This document shows, in pieces, positions 8,927-18,027 of a DNA stretch of 64,000 nt (positions within the stretch are counted from its first letter, which is position 1; every line of letters starts with the position of its first letter). The DNA lies in the NCBI GenBank assembly GCA_029261855.1, contig JAJDAN010000034.1, positions 53,953 to 117,952 on the forward strand. Reading direction: 5' to 3'. The stretch comes from Deltaproteobacteria bacterium (GTDB taxonomy: Bacteria > Myxococcota_A > UBA9160 > UBA4427). Under the pieces are notes generated by a model that had not been told where the DNA came from, ran no database searches, and worked only from the letters and a program-made list of their open reading frames with translations. The position numbers and the translations under genes were made by a program.

Positions 8927-9411
8927 CGCTCCTCCAACAGACGGGCGACGAGGGCGCGGCGGGGGCTCGGCCAGTACTCCTCGATCAGACCGGCGGCGTC
9001 GAGCAGGTCCTGGGATCTGGAGTCCTCGTGCGGTGCGAGCAGCGGCTTCTGCGACCCCTGGTCCTTGATGACGATCAGGCGCTCGCGCAGGTCGACCTTG
9101 TCGACGAGTACGCCTTCCTCTGCCTGGGCGCCGCCGCGGGTCCGCTTCAGCTCGAAGGGAGGTTCGAGGGTGCCGTCGTCGTACTGGGAAGGCGGATGTA
9201 CACGCAGCTGCCAGAACTCGCCGGCCATGCCGGAGCTGAGTTCCTTGCTCGCCTCTTCGCCGATGCGAGGAATGGCCATCTCACCGATCTCCGGTGCGCC
9301 GGCCTTCTCCGCCGCGACCAGTGTCATCGCGATCAGCATGAGAAACGCGAGGTCGACGAACGAGAAGAGCCACGCCGGGGCTCCCCCACTCTCCACGTTG
9401 TTCTGTGACAT
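8923..9411 (-). CDS. ExbD/TolR/MotB-like motor subunit
   Basis: N-terminal TM AWLFSFVDLAFLMLI with the conserved Asp; short periplasmic domain resembling ExbD. Confidence 0.7.
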   Translation of the reverse strand: MSQNNVESGGAPAWLFSFVDLAFLMLIAMTLVAAEKAGAPEIGEMAIPRIGEEASKELSSGMAGEFWQLRVHPPSQYDDGTLEPPFELKRTRGGAQAEEGVLVDKVDLRERLIVIKDQGSQKPLLAPHEDSRSQDLLDAAGLIEEYWPSPRRALVARLLEER

Positions 9412-9488
9412 GATCCCCAACGGGCGTCGCGCCAACCTGTCGCGGCGACGAGACTCCCTCCCCCCTTGTCATGTTCCGCTCTTCTGGA

Positions 9489-11027
9489 TCAGCTCCGGAT
9501 GTTCGTGAACCCCACGACGTCCGAGACCGGCGCCGCGTTCCCGATGCGATGACCGGGGATCGCGACGTCGAGCTCGGCCTCGCCTTCGCCGTGCAGCGCC
9601 AGGTAGTTGGCGACCACGGCTTCCGCGAGGGATTCCGGGTTGTTGCTGATTTCCGTCGCGTTCGTCTCGGCACTGCCGTCCGATCGGAACCAACCAATCT
9701 GCTGCTTCGCGGGATCGATCACCGGCTGACCGTTCGGGCTGTAGACCAGCATGAAGCTCGACGAGGTCGACGAGTTGTCGCCCTGCCAGATGCCCTTGCC
9801 GTTGCCGTTCGGGTCGTTGTCGATCTGACCGTTCGAGTCGAGCGCGCCGTCGGTGAAGACGTAGAGGCAGAGTTCCTTGCCGGTCTGCATCGCGTACTCG
9901 AGGCTCGCGCCCATGGACTGGCCGGCCTGGAAGTCCCGCTGCTCGCCCGTGGCCCGCGTGCCGTTGTGGTAGTCGTAGCCACCGAACTCCAGGGTTCCAG
10001 CGCCTGCATGGCCATCGATCACCAGCTTCATGACCGCGGCGGTCTTCTGGAAGCGCCCCGAGTCGAGCTCGTTCGCATCGAAGATCGGCGTGGGTCCGGT
10101 GGCGATGAAGGGATCCTGGCGCGGATCGAGGGCGGTCGGGTCTCCGTAGAGCGAGACGAGATCGCTGCTCTGCTCGTAGGCACAGCGCACGAGCTCGGTC
10201 ACGACCATGTCCTCGGTCATCTCCATCTTGTCGACCTTGCGGTTGCTCAGGTTTTCGACCGCTGCCATGACGGCGTCGGCGCCCTCGGTGTCGAGCATCT
10301 GGACCAGGCGCCCGGTGTCGACGAGACCGGTGGCGTCCTGGGGACGGTCCACCTTCGTGGGGCGAATGGCCGGGTTGAACCACATGGGCGGATTGATGGA
10401 GTTGCCGCCGGAATCCGTCGGCTCGCTGCCCACCAGAGTGAGCAGACCGCCCGCAGACCCGGTCGCCGCGATGCCGTACATCGGGTTGTGCGGGTTGTTC
10501 TGCGTGTCGTTCAGCGAGCGCGCGCAGAACACGAGGCCGTTCGTTCCCAGACGGGTCGCGGCCGTCGTCTTGTCGAGCATGCCGAGCAGGAAGGGACTCT
10601 CGGCGTGGAAGGGCAGACCGAAGGTCGTGTCGATCATCAACGGGTCCTGCACCGGCGTCAGGGACGGCGGGAGGCCGCCCTGGCGCTCGTAGCCCGCCAG
10701 ACTCAGGAAGTCCGTATGCCCGCCCGGGCCGCCCACGAGGACGTTGCCGCCCGTCATGTTCGCGCCACCTGCGAGATCGATGCAGAGGAACGGGATCCGA
10801 CCGGCGCCGCCTGCGGTCAGCGCGCAGGTCATCGCCTGGGCCTGCGCGTTGCCGCTCTTGCTGAGCAGCCCGAACAGGCTCGGAGACGCCACCATGCCCA
10901 TGCCGGCGAGGAAGCCCTGACCGAGGAACTGCCTTCGCGTCCGCGGTCGCGGGTGGTCCAGGTGATAGAACGGCTCGAGGCGCTCGGGCTCGTTCGGTCG
11001 GTCGTGTCGAGATCGGAAGAGCTTCAT
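9489..11027 (-). CDS. Tat-exported DUF1501/DUF1552-like protein
   Basis: Twin-arginine motif TRRQFL. FLCIDLAGGAN, GGYDYHNG and YVFTDG motifs resemble the DUF1501-like family. Start ATG 11027, 11 bp after the upstream stop. Confidence 0.7.
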   Translation of the reverse strand: MKLFRSRHDRPNEPERLEPFYHLDHPRPRTRRQFLGQGFLAGMGMVASPSLFGLLSKSGNAQAQAMTCALTAGGAGRIPFLCIDLAGGANMTGGNVLVGGPGGHTDFLSLAGYERQGGLPPSLTPVQDPLMIDTTFGLPFHAESPFLLGMLDKTTAATRLGTNGLVFCARSLNDTQNNPHNPMYGIAATGSAGGLLTLVGSEPTDSGGNSINPPMWFNPAIRPTKVDRPQDATGLVDTGRLVQMLDTEGADAVMAAVENLSNRKVDKMEMTEDMVVTELVRCAYEQSSDLVSLYGDPTALDPRQDPFIATGPTPIFDANELDSGRFQKTAAVMKLVIDGHAGAGTLEFGGYDYHNGTRATGEQRDFQAGQSMGASLEYAMQTGKELCLYVFTDGALDSNGQIDNDPNGNGKGIWQGDNSSTSSSFMLVYSPNGQPVIDPAKQQIGWFRSDGSAETNATEISNNPESLAEAVVANYLALHGEGEAELDVAIPGHRIGNAAPVSDVVGFTNIRS

Positions 11028-11038
11028 GGGGGCTACCT

Positions 11039-13204
11039 CTAGTGGACCATCACGCCGGCGCTCGCGAGCGCCGCCGTGCAGACACCCTTCACGATGTTGA
11101 CCGTGCGGTTCGCATCGCAGGGCGTGAGATTGCAGGCCATCAGGTCGACGACGAGCTGATCGAGGTCCGCCTCGACCATCGCGAAGTCGGGCTGACTCGT
11201 GAGGGCCTGCGCGGGCGTGCCGTGGCGCAGCATGTCGCTGATCAGCGGCTCGGTGATCAGGTCGGTCTTCGCCGGCGTGCCAAAGGCGACCGAGGGGATG
11301 TCCGTCCATTCGAAGGAGGGATCGAAGAACCCGTCGCGCAAGCCGGTATCCGTCACCATCTCGTTGCAGTACTCGAAGGCGAGCTTCGAGATGCCGACCT
11401 GGTGTGAGGACACGAATGAACGGATGTCCTGGGTATTCGGCAGCTGCTGGGTCAGGTCGAGATAGACCGCGTTGACGGCAGGCGTCAGGGGATCGACGCC
11501 GGTCAGCGCCGCCATCGTCTCATTGATGCGACCGTAGTCCCGCATGCCGAGCACCGGCACCGGATCGAGAACCGCGGTGCTGACCACGAAGGTCGGCGTG
11601 TTCGGCGCCAGCGGGCTCTGGAACAGTCCCAGCTGCTCGAAGGCGATGGTGAAGCGATCGAGGTCGACACCCAGCTCCTTGCGGATGACCGAGCACTGAC
11701 GCGACAGCTGCTGACCGTTCAGGAGCACCGTGTCGTTCACGTTGCTGAACGCCTGGCCGTCCACCGGGATCGTGTCGTTCACCTGGATGCGGATGTTGTC
11801 CACCGTCAGCCCGGCGGGGTTCGGCCCGCGGATCGTGGGCTGACAGAAGAGATAGCTGTAGTTGTCGAGCTCGGTGAAGGCGAAGTCGATCGAGGTGCCC
11901 GCCCCGGCCCACTGACTGATGTCGAAGGTCAGGGTGAGGCGCTTGCCGACGCCGGCGCCGTAGTTCTGGAAGATCTGAGAAGCCGACAGCGCGCGATCGT
12001 GGATCGCGAGGAAGCGCACCTGGCCGATCCACTCGTTGCCCGTGCCGGTGGTCTCGTTGCCGACCGCGAGCATGTTGTTGGGGTCCCAGTTCCACAACCG
12101 CGCCGTGGGCTGCTCGTCCTCGTCGTCCGTCCACACGCCGTCCACGTAGACGCGGCGGCCCTGGAAGCGGTCGTAGGTGACGACGACGTGCTGCAATGTG
12201 GCCTGCAGATCTTCGTCGACGTCGTAGGTGAGCATGCTCGGGTCGCCACGATTGTTGACGTCTTCGTGGACGCTGCGATTCCGGGCGACGTACTGGTACA
12301 TACGCTGTCCGACGGTGAAGTTGGCGTTTCCGGTGCCGCGCGAATAGGTGACGATCCGCGCCGGGCCGCTCTCACCTTCCTGCGTCGTGTTCCCGGGCAC
12401 CACCCAGGCCTCGACCGAGTACGCGCCACTGCCGCCGTTGGGGTTCGCGATCGCGTCGTAGAGCTTCCGGCTGGAAGCCTGGTCTGCCATCGCCACGCCG
12501 CCCTCGCCGATCTCGATGCCGTAGCTGCTCATCAGCTCGACTTCCGGCGAAAGGCTGAGATCCATCAGCGGATCGATCCCGCTGCTATCGAAGGCCGTCG
12601 AGCCGGTGAGTTCCTGGAAGTCCCAGCGCGCGATGATCCGGTCTTCGTAACGTTCGCCGCCCTCGTCCTCGGCGCAGGCGCCCGTGGCGAAGCAATCGCT
12701 GAAGTCCAGTGAGTCGCTCACCAGCAGGGCGACGTCGACACCCGCACCACCGCCCTGGACCCCGGCCTGCTCGAGCAGGGTGTCCCAGGCCTGTACCGCG
12801 GCGAGCATCTCGGCGCCGTTCGCCGCGCAACCACTCCAGCAGTAGTGGAAGTCGGTCGCGAGACGCCGGACCAGCCGCGACGAGTCCGGAAGGCTGAAGT
12901 TCACCTTCTGGTTGTCGACCACCGACGAATAGGCGACCGACGGATTCGAGTGCGCGATGTGCGGCGTACCGGGGCCGAAGCCCGCGTGGCAGCTATTGCA
13001 GTTCGCCGCGAGCAGCGGATACACCGTGCTCGTGAAGGCCGTCACCTGTTCGGTCTGCGAAAGACCGCCCAGGCCACTGCCACCACCACCCAGGACGACG
13101 TTGCCCTGTTCGGCGGGTCCGCTGCCACCGGAGTAGTCGCCACAGGCGACCGCGGAGGCGGCGAACATGATAAGGATGAGGAATCGGGGGCGAAGTCGGG
13201 TCAT
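11039..13204 (-). CDS. Lipoprotein with N-terminal c-type heme motif and LamG/concanavalin-like domain
   Basis: Lipobox AVAC. CNSCH at 12986-13000. LamG-type motifs YSVEAWV, LQHVVVTYD..VYVDG and LAIHDRALS. C-terminal Cys-containing helical domain. Confidence 0.8.
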   Translation of the reverse strand: MTRLRPRFLILIMFAASAVACGDYSGGSGPAEQGNVVLGGGGSGLGGLSQTEQVTAFTSTVYPLLAANCNSCHAGFGPGTPHIAHSNPSVAYSSVVDNQKVNFSLPDSSRLVRRLATDFHYCWSGCAANGAEMLAAVQAWDTLLEQAGVQGGGAGVDVALLVSDSLDFSDCFATGACAEDEGGERYEDRIIARWDFQELTGSTAFDSSGIDPLMDLSLSPEVELMSSYGIEIGEGGVAMADQASSRKLYDAIANPNGGSGAYSVEAWVVPGNTTQEGESGPARIVTYSRGTGNANFTVGQRMYQYVARNRSVHEDVNNRGDPSMLTYDVDEDLQATLQHVVVTYDRFQGRRVYVDGVWTDDEDEQPTARLWNWDPNNMLAVGNETTGTGNEWIGQVRFLAIHDRALSASQIFQNYGAGVGKRLTLTFDISQWAGAGTSIDFAFTELDNYSYLFCQPTIRGPNPAGLTVDNIRIQVNDTIPVDGQAFSNVNDTVLLNGQQLSRQCSVIRKELGVDLDRFTIAFEQLGLFQSPLAPNTPTFVVSTAVLDPVPVLGMRDYGRINETMAALTGVDPLTPAVNAVYLDLTQQLPNTQDIRSFVSSHQVGISKLAFEYCNEMVTDTGLRDGFFDPSFEWTDIPSVAFGTPAKTDLITEPLISDMLRHGTPAQALTSQPDFAMVEADLDQLVVDLMACNLTPCDANRTVNIVKGVCTAALASAGVMVH

Positions 13205-13205
13205 C

Positions 13206-14444
13206 TCAGTCGTCCATGCAGTACGCGGCGACCTTGGCGAAGACCGTCTTCATGCTGTAGCCGAAGTCTTCGAACGTCGTCGCGATACTCTCCACTTCGT
13301 TGCGTTCCGTTTCATTCGCGGGTTCCCGGAAGCAGACTTGCTCGAACACCTTCTGCACCTGGCAACGCGCGAAACCTCGGCTGTTCGCGACTTCCTCTCC
13401 CAGACTTCGAACACCGTATCCACCACCGGGAAGGGAAGCGTTCCAACCGAAGGTCGCGTTCTGGCCCTCCCGCCAGTAGTTGTCCCATCGGTTGTCGGTC
13501 GTGACGTAACCGAAGGGGAAATTGCTTCCGTTGATCAGGTTCTTGAGCTGGACCTGTCCACGGGTATGAACCATGCGCTCCTGGGTCTCGTCCCAGTTGA
13601 AGTAGGCATAGGCGCCCGACATCGGGTCCATGCCGCTGTGACAGCCACTGCACTGATTCAGGAAGATGTCGCTGTCGCCACCGGGGCTGCGGCTCACGTC
13701 CTGCCGGATCCGGTCCACCGGACGCGTGTTGTCCGACATCTGCTCCATGTCGACGCAGAGGTGGTTGATGGCCGTGAAGCGCCACATCGCGCGATTCGTG
13801 CCTGCGGAGAAGAAGGCTTCTGCCGCGGCGCGAGACGTGATGACGCCTGCCGACTCCGAGCTGTCGAGCATCGATCCCGGGAGCGAATCCTGGGACCACG
13901 GGACGAAGTCCGTGGTGTTGCTGAGGTCGACCCCCGTGCTCTCGAGCTGCTCGTAGTGCTGGTTGTCCGTCTGTGAGTACGCGGACGGCACCACGCCCTG
14001 ACCGTTGTCGACGTTGCCACCGCGACCGATGTAGAGATAGTCGCCGGTGAGGACTTCCGTGAAAGGCCGGTCGTCCCGGATGATGCCGATGACCGTGGCC
14101 GTGTAATCGTTGAACGGCACGAACACGTCCATCGCCTCGTTGGTCCACGGGTTGACCCAGGTCTTGAGCGTCGTGTTGTAGAAGGCGGGATTCGTCATCG
14201 CGAGAATGGCCGCGTCCTCGGCGAAGCCGTCCTCGATCAGCTGGGCCATCGTGTTCAGGGTCGCCGCGTCGGGCGGCACGCCGACGAGACGATCGTGCAT
14301 CCGCAACGCGTACTCGCGGAAGGTCAGGTCCTGCGCCACGGCCGGAGCCGCCAGCGAGACCAGCGCGATCAGCAGGATGAGAAGCCCACCCTGGCGCTGC
14401 AGTCCGCGGAGTACGTCCGGTCGGTCGTGAGTCGCGTTCGTCAT
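13206..14444 (-). CDS. Secreted c-type heme protein (DUF1549/DUF1585/DUF1592-like)
   Basis: Signal peptide ending APAVA-QD. RMHDRLVGVPP, CSGCH at 13638-13652, and FARCQVQKVFEQVCFREP resemble planctomycete-type cytochrome-associated DUFs. Confidence 0.7.
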   Translation of the reverse strand: MTNATHDRPDVLRGLQRQGGLLILLIALVSLAAPAVAQDLTFREYALRMHDRLVGVPPDAATLNTMAQLIEDGFAEDAAILAMTNPAFYNTTLKTWVNPWTNEAMDVFVPFNDYTATVIGIIRDDRPFTEVLTGDYLYIGRGGNVDNGQGVVPSAYSQTDNQHYEQLESTGVDLSNTTDFVPWSQDSLPGSMLDSSESAGVITSRAAAEAFFSAGTNRAMWRFTAINHLCVDMEQMSDNTRPVDRIRQDVSRSPGGDSDIFLNQCSGCHSGMDPMSGAYAYFNWDETQERMVHTRGQVQLKNLINGSNFPFGYVTTDNRWDNYWREGQNATFGWNASLPGGGYGVRSLGEEVANSRGFARCQVQKVFEQVCFREPANETERNEVESIATTFEDFGYSMKTVFAKVAAYCMDD

Positions 14445-14679
14445 TCTCTCAACCCTTTTGCGATGGCCCCCGCCCGGCCAGACCTCGCTCATGCGTCCCC
14501 TACGATCGGGATGCACCCTCGTCTTGTCGGTGACCTCAATCACGAACTTGTGGTGTATTCCCAGCGATTCTTGTTCCCTCCCCGCCTTTCGTCGAACGAG
14601 AAGTGCGCGCGCAGAACTCGCGCGAGGCGCGTACCGCAGAACGGGAATGGAGACTTGCCGGCGCGTGAGCAGACTGTCG

Positions 14680-14703
14680 AATCGACACGCACACGTGTCG
14701 ATT
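14680..14703. promoter_or_regulatory. Inverted repeat in the divergent promoter region (candidate operator)
   Basis: AATCGACACG-CACA-CGTGTCGATT, lying between the two divergent operons. Confidence 0.45.
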
Positions 14704-14866
14704 TCCAGGCGGGATTCCGCGGCGCTACGCGTTCGCCTGCGCGATGCGTGCGGAATCAGGGCGAACCGTCGTTCGTTGCGTACGGAAGGACCCGAGTTGC
14801 CGGCGGCGGTGTCCCGTTCGGTTCAAAGATCACAATTTCCAGACCCGGTCGTCCGATACGCGACCC

Positions 14867-17164
14867 GTGGATGTGATCGCGCGCACCCCCCGGAAGCCGC
14901 GGGCCCGATTCGAGCGTCTCTTCGAACATCCCTTCGAGAGAGCCGCGCTCGTCACCTTGGTCTTCCTTCTTCTTCCCGTCCCTGGCCTGGCCGCGGCGGA
15001 AGCCGGACCCGTCGCGCATGCGATCGAACGGGACGGCGAATACCGGGTCCAGGCGCGCCTGCTGCGCGGCGACGCCCGGGTGGGCGTCCTCTTCGACCTG
15101 GCGCCGGGCTGGCACATCTACTGGCGCAGCTCCGGAGACACCGGGCTTCCGCCCGAGCTTCTCTGGGACGTCCCCGGCCGCGTCGTCGGCGAGCTGCAGT
15201 GGCCGGCCCCCGAGGCCTTCGAGGCTGGCGGATCGGAGCCTGGCGCCGCGAGCTACGGCTACCAGGAGCAGGTGCTCCTGGCGAGCGCACTCGAGCCCGG
15301 GGATCCCGCGGGCGCCGTCGCCGTCGCCGTCGATGTCCTCGTGTGTGAGTACGAATGCGTTCCCGCGACCTTCCGCCTCGAGCGAGCCGCGGGTGAGCCC
15401 GTCCCCGGTCTATCTTCGGAAGCCGAAGCCGCTTTGTTCGAAACGTATGCGGCCCGGATTCCCGACGATCCCCGGCGACACGGTCTCGAGCTCTCGGCCG
15501 CCTGGTCGCAGAGCGCGATGCGCCCCGGCGACGCGTTCACCGGTGCCCTCGCGGTGCGCTCGTGCACGAACGCCGCGCTGCCCTGCCGCACCTGGAAGCC
15601 CGTCCGCGACGACACCTTCTTCCCCGACGACATGGAGAGCGTCTCCCTGCGCCCGGGCGCCGTGCGCCGCGACGCCGCCGATCCCACGCTCTACTGGGTC
15701 GAGCTGCGCGGTAGCGCCGAGCCCGACGAACCGATCGACGCACACAGGCTCACGGGCATCGTCACGCTCGAGGACCCGGACGGCGCACGACGGCCCGTCG
15801 AGGTCGACGTTGCCTTCCCGACGGCAGAGGCCGGCGCCGAGATCATGGCCCTCGGTCGGCATTGGAGTCCGCCCGTCGCGCTGATCTCGGGCATCGGACT
15901 CTTCCAGGCGCTGCTGCTCGCGCTGCTCGGCGGCCTCGTCCTGAACCTGATGCCCTGCGTGCTGCCGGTCCTCGCCATCAAGATCTTCTCGATCTCGGAA
16001 ATGGCGGACGCCGCCCACGAAGGCCGGGGCGAACCCATGCGTCACGGACTCGCATATACCGTCGGCGTCGTGGGATCAATGCTCGCGCTCGGCACCCTCG
16101 TGGTCGTGCTGCGAAGCGCCGGGCGCTCGGTGGGTTGGGGCTTCCAGTTCCAGGAACCGATCTACGTGGCGGGCATCTCCGCCGTACTCGTCGCGTTCGC
16201 GCTGAATCTGTTCGGCACCTTCGAGATCCGCGGCGGTGCGGGGCCTCTGACCGGACTCGGCCAGGAAGCCACGGGCGCACGCCGAAGCTTCTTCGAGGGC
16301 CTGCTGGCCGTCGCGCTGGCGACACCCTGCTCGGCTCCCTTCCTCGGCACCGCGGTCGGCTTCGCTTTCGCGAGCCCGCCCGCGGTCATCCTGGCGATCT
16401 TCGTCGCCATCGGGATCGGTCTCGCGGCGCCCTTCGCGCTGGTTGCCATGGTCCCGGCCTGGGCGCGCTTCGTTCCGCGATCGGGCGCCTGGATGCAGGT
16501 CGTCCGCTCGGGTCTCGGTTTCGCGCTGCTCGCGACGGTGCTGTGGCTGCTGTGGATCTTCGGTGGCTCGGCGGGCATCGATGGCGTGATCGGATTGGTC
16601 GCCTTCCTGTTGGGTCTGGCGTTCTCGCTCTGGTGCTTCGGTCTGCTGCAGCAGTCGGCGCACCCCCGTATGACGGTCGCCGCGGGCGCCGCGGTGCTGC
16701 TCGTGAGTGCAGCCGGTCTCAATGCGGTGAACGCGGGTGTCGCCGAGCGCAGCGAAGCCCCGACGGACGTCTCGCAGAAGGCCGTGGCCCCATCGGACTG
16801 GGAGACCTGGTCTCCCGAGGCCGTCGCCACGCACCTGCGCGACGGCCGACCCGTGTTCGTCCGCTTCACCGCCGACTGGTGCATCACCTGCAAGGTGAAC
16901 GAACGGGTCGCGCTGGCGGACCCCGATGTAAGGACCGCCTTCGAAGATCAGGCGATCTCTCTGCTGGTGGGCGACTGGACCCAGCGTGACGATGCCATCC
17001 GCAGCGAGCTGTCGAGACATGGCCGCGCGGGCGTGCCCGTCTACCTCGTGTACGACCCCGCCCACCCGGACGACCCGACGCTGCTGCCGGAGCTGCTCAC
17101 CCCGGACCTCGTGCTCGAATCCCTGGCTGGGCTGGACGCTCAGGCGACGAGAGCCCCGCTGTGA
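14867..17164 (+). CDS. dsbD: Protein-disulfide reductase DsbD family
   Basis: N-domain GWHIYW..GDTGLP and CEYEC; TM domain NLMPCVLP and LATPCSAP; thioredoxin domain FTADWCITCK. Start position approximate. Confidence 0.9.
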   Translation: MDVIARTPRKPRARFERLFEHPFERAALVTLVFLLLPVPGLAAAEAGPVAHAIERDGEYRVQARLLRGDARVGVLFDLAPGWHIYWRSSGDTGLPPELLWDVPGRVVGELQWPAPEAFEAGGSEPGAASYGYQEQVLLASALEPGDPAGAVAVAVDVLVCEYECVPATFRLERAAGEPVPGLSSEAEAALFETYAARIPDDPRRHGLELSAAWSQSAMRPGDAFTGALAVRSCTNAALPCRTWKPVRDDTFFPDDMESVSLRPGAVRRDAADPTLYWVELRGSAEPDEPIDAHRLTGIVTLEDPDGARRPVEVDVAFPTAEAGAEIMALGRHWSPPVALISGIGLFQALLLALLGGLVLNLMPCVLPVLAIKIFSISEMADAAHEGRGEPMRHGLAYTVGVVGSMLALGTLVVVLRSAGRSVGWGFQFQEPIYVAGISAVLVAFALNLFGTFEIRGGAGPLTGLGQEATGARRSFFEGLLAVALATPCSAPFLGTAVGFAFASPPAVILAIFVAIGIGLAAPFALVAMVPAWARFVPRSGAWMQVVRSGLGFALLATVLWLLWIFGGSAGIDGVIGLVAFLLGLAFSLWCFGLLQQSAHPRMTVAAGAAVLLVSAAGLNAVNAGVAERSEAPTDVSQKAVAPSDWETWSPEAVATHLRDGRPVFVRFTADWCITCKVNERVALADPDVRTAFEDQAISLLVGDWTQRDDAIRSELSRHGRAGVPVYLVYDPAHPDDPTLLPELLTPDLVLESLAGLDAQATRAPL

Positions 17165-17262
17165 GCAAGGTCACCCACAAAGCCCTAAGCCGCCCGCACG
17201 CGCGGGACGATGAGTACCGAAGCTGCACGTCGGAGACGTGCCGCAGTCCGCAGGAGGCAATC

Positions 17263-17775
17263 GTGAAGAGAGTTCGAATCACCTCTCGCGTCGCATGGCT
17301 CGCGACGTTGATTCTGCTCGTGGGCGCACCCGCCCAAGCACTCGACGCGGGAGACCCCGCCTACGTCTTCGAGGCGCCGCTGCTCGCAGGCGAACGAGTC
17401 ATCAGCCTTTCGGACTACGGCGGCAAGGTCGTCTACCTCGACTTCTGGGCATCCTGGTGCGACCCGTGCACGAAGGCGATCCCCGCCATCGAGCAGCTGC
17501 GGTCGGAGTTCCCTGCAAGCGACTTCCAGGTGCTGGCAGTCAACGTGGACAAGAGCGCCAAGAAGGCGACCCGCTTCCTCAAAAAGAACCCGATCGGATA
17601 TCCGAGCGTGGCCGACCCGAAGGGCAAGCTGCCGCGACGCTTCGGTCTCGAGACGATGCCGACCTCCTATCTCATCGATCGCAACGGTGTCATCCGCTAC
17701 GTCCACAAGGGGTTCCGCGCCGGCGACATGGACGAGATCCGAGCCGAGATCGCGAAGCTCGTGAACCAGAAATGA
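17263..17775 (+). CDS. TlpA-family thioredoxin-like disulfide reductase
   Basis: AGGAGG RBS plus GTG start; signal peptide; LDFWASWCDPC and MPTSYLID motifs. Confidence 0.9.
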   Translation: MKRVRITSRVAWLATLILLVGAPAQALDAGDPAYVFEAPLLAGERVISLSDYGGKVVYLDFWASWCDPCTKAIPAIEQLRSEFPASDFQVLAVNVDKSAKKATRFLKKNPIGYPSVADPKGKLPRRFGLETMPTSYLIDRNGVIRYVHKGFRAGDMDEIRAEIAKLVNQK

Positions 17776-18017
17776 GAGTCGTCATGAAGCACCGCATCGG
17801 AAAATTCCTGGCGCTGGCCGGGCTCGTCGCCGCGACATCGCTCGCGAGCGCCGGTTGCATGACCGTCAAGCCCTGGGACCGCGAGATGCTGTCGCGCTCG
17901 GACATGGCGTTCGACGCAGACCCCCTCGAGACCTCGCGACGCAATCACATCTACTTCTCCAAGGAAGCGACACCTCCGGGTGGCGCGGGCGGCGGGGGCG
18001 GTTGCGGCTGCAACTGA
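17772..18017 (+). CDS. DUF4266 family small lipoprotein
   Basis: Lipobox SAGC, then VKPWDR and C-terminal GGGGGCGCN; ATGA overlap with tlpA. Confidence 0.85.
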   Translation: MRVVMKHRIGKFLALAGLVAATSLASAGCMTVKPWDREMLSRSDMAFDADPLETSRRNHIYFSKEATPPGGAGGGGGCGCN

Positions 18018-18027
18018 GACGACAGAG

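Noticed and set aside
9489-11027. Calling this gene gspF because a secretin lies nearby
   Set aside because: It is a soluble Tat-signal protein with no GspF-type three-TM platform architecture.
5515-11042. 670-, 540- and 523-aa plus-strand ORFs
   Set aside because: Antisense shadows of the minus-strand operon, which has signal peptides and coupled junctions.
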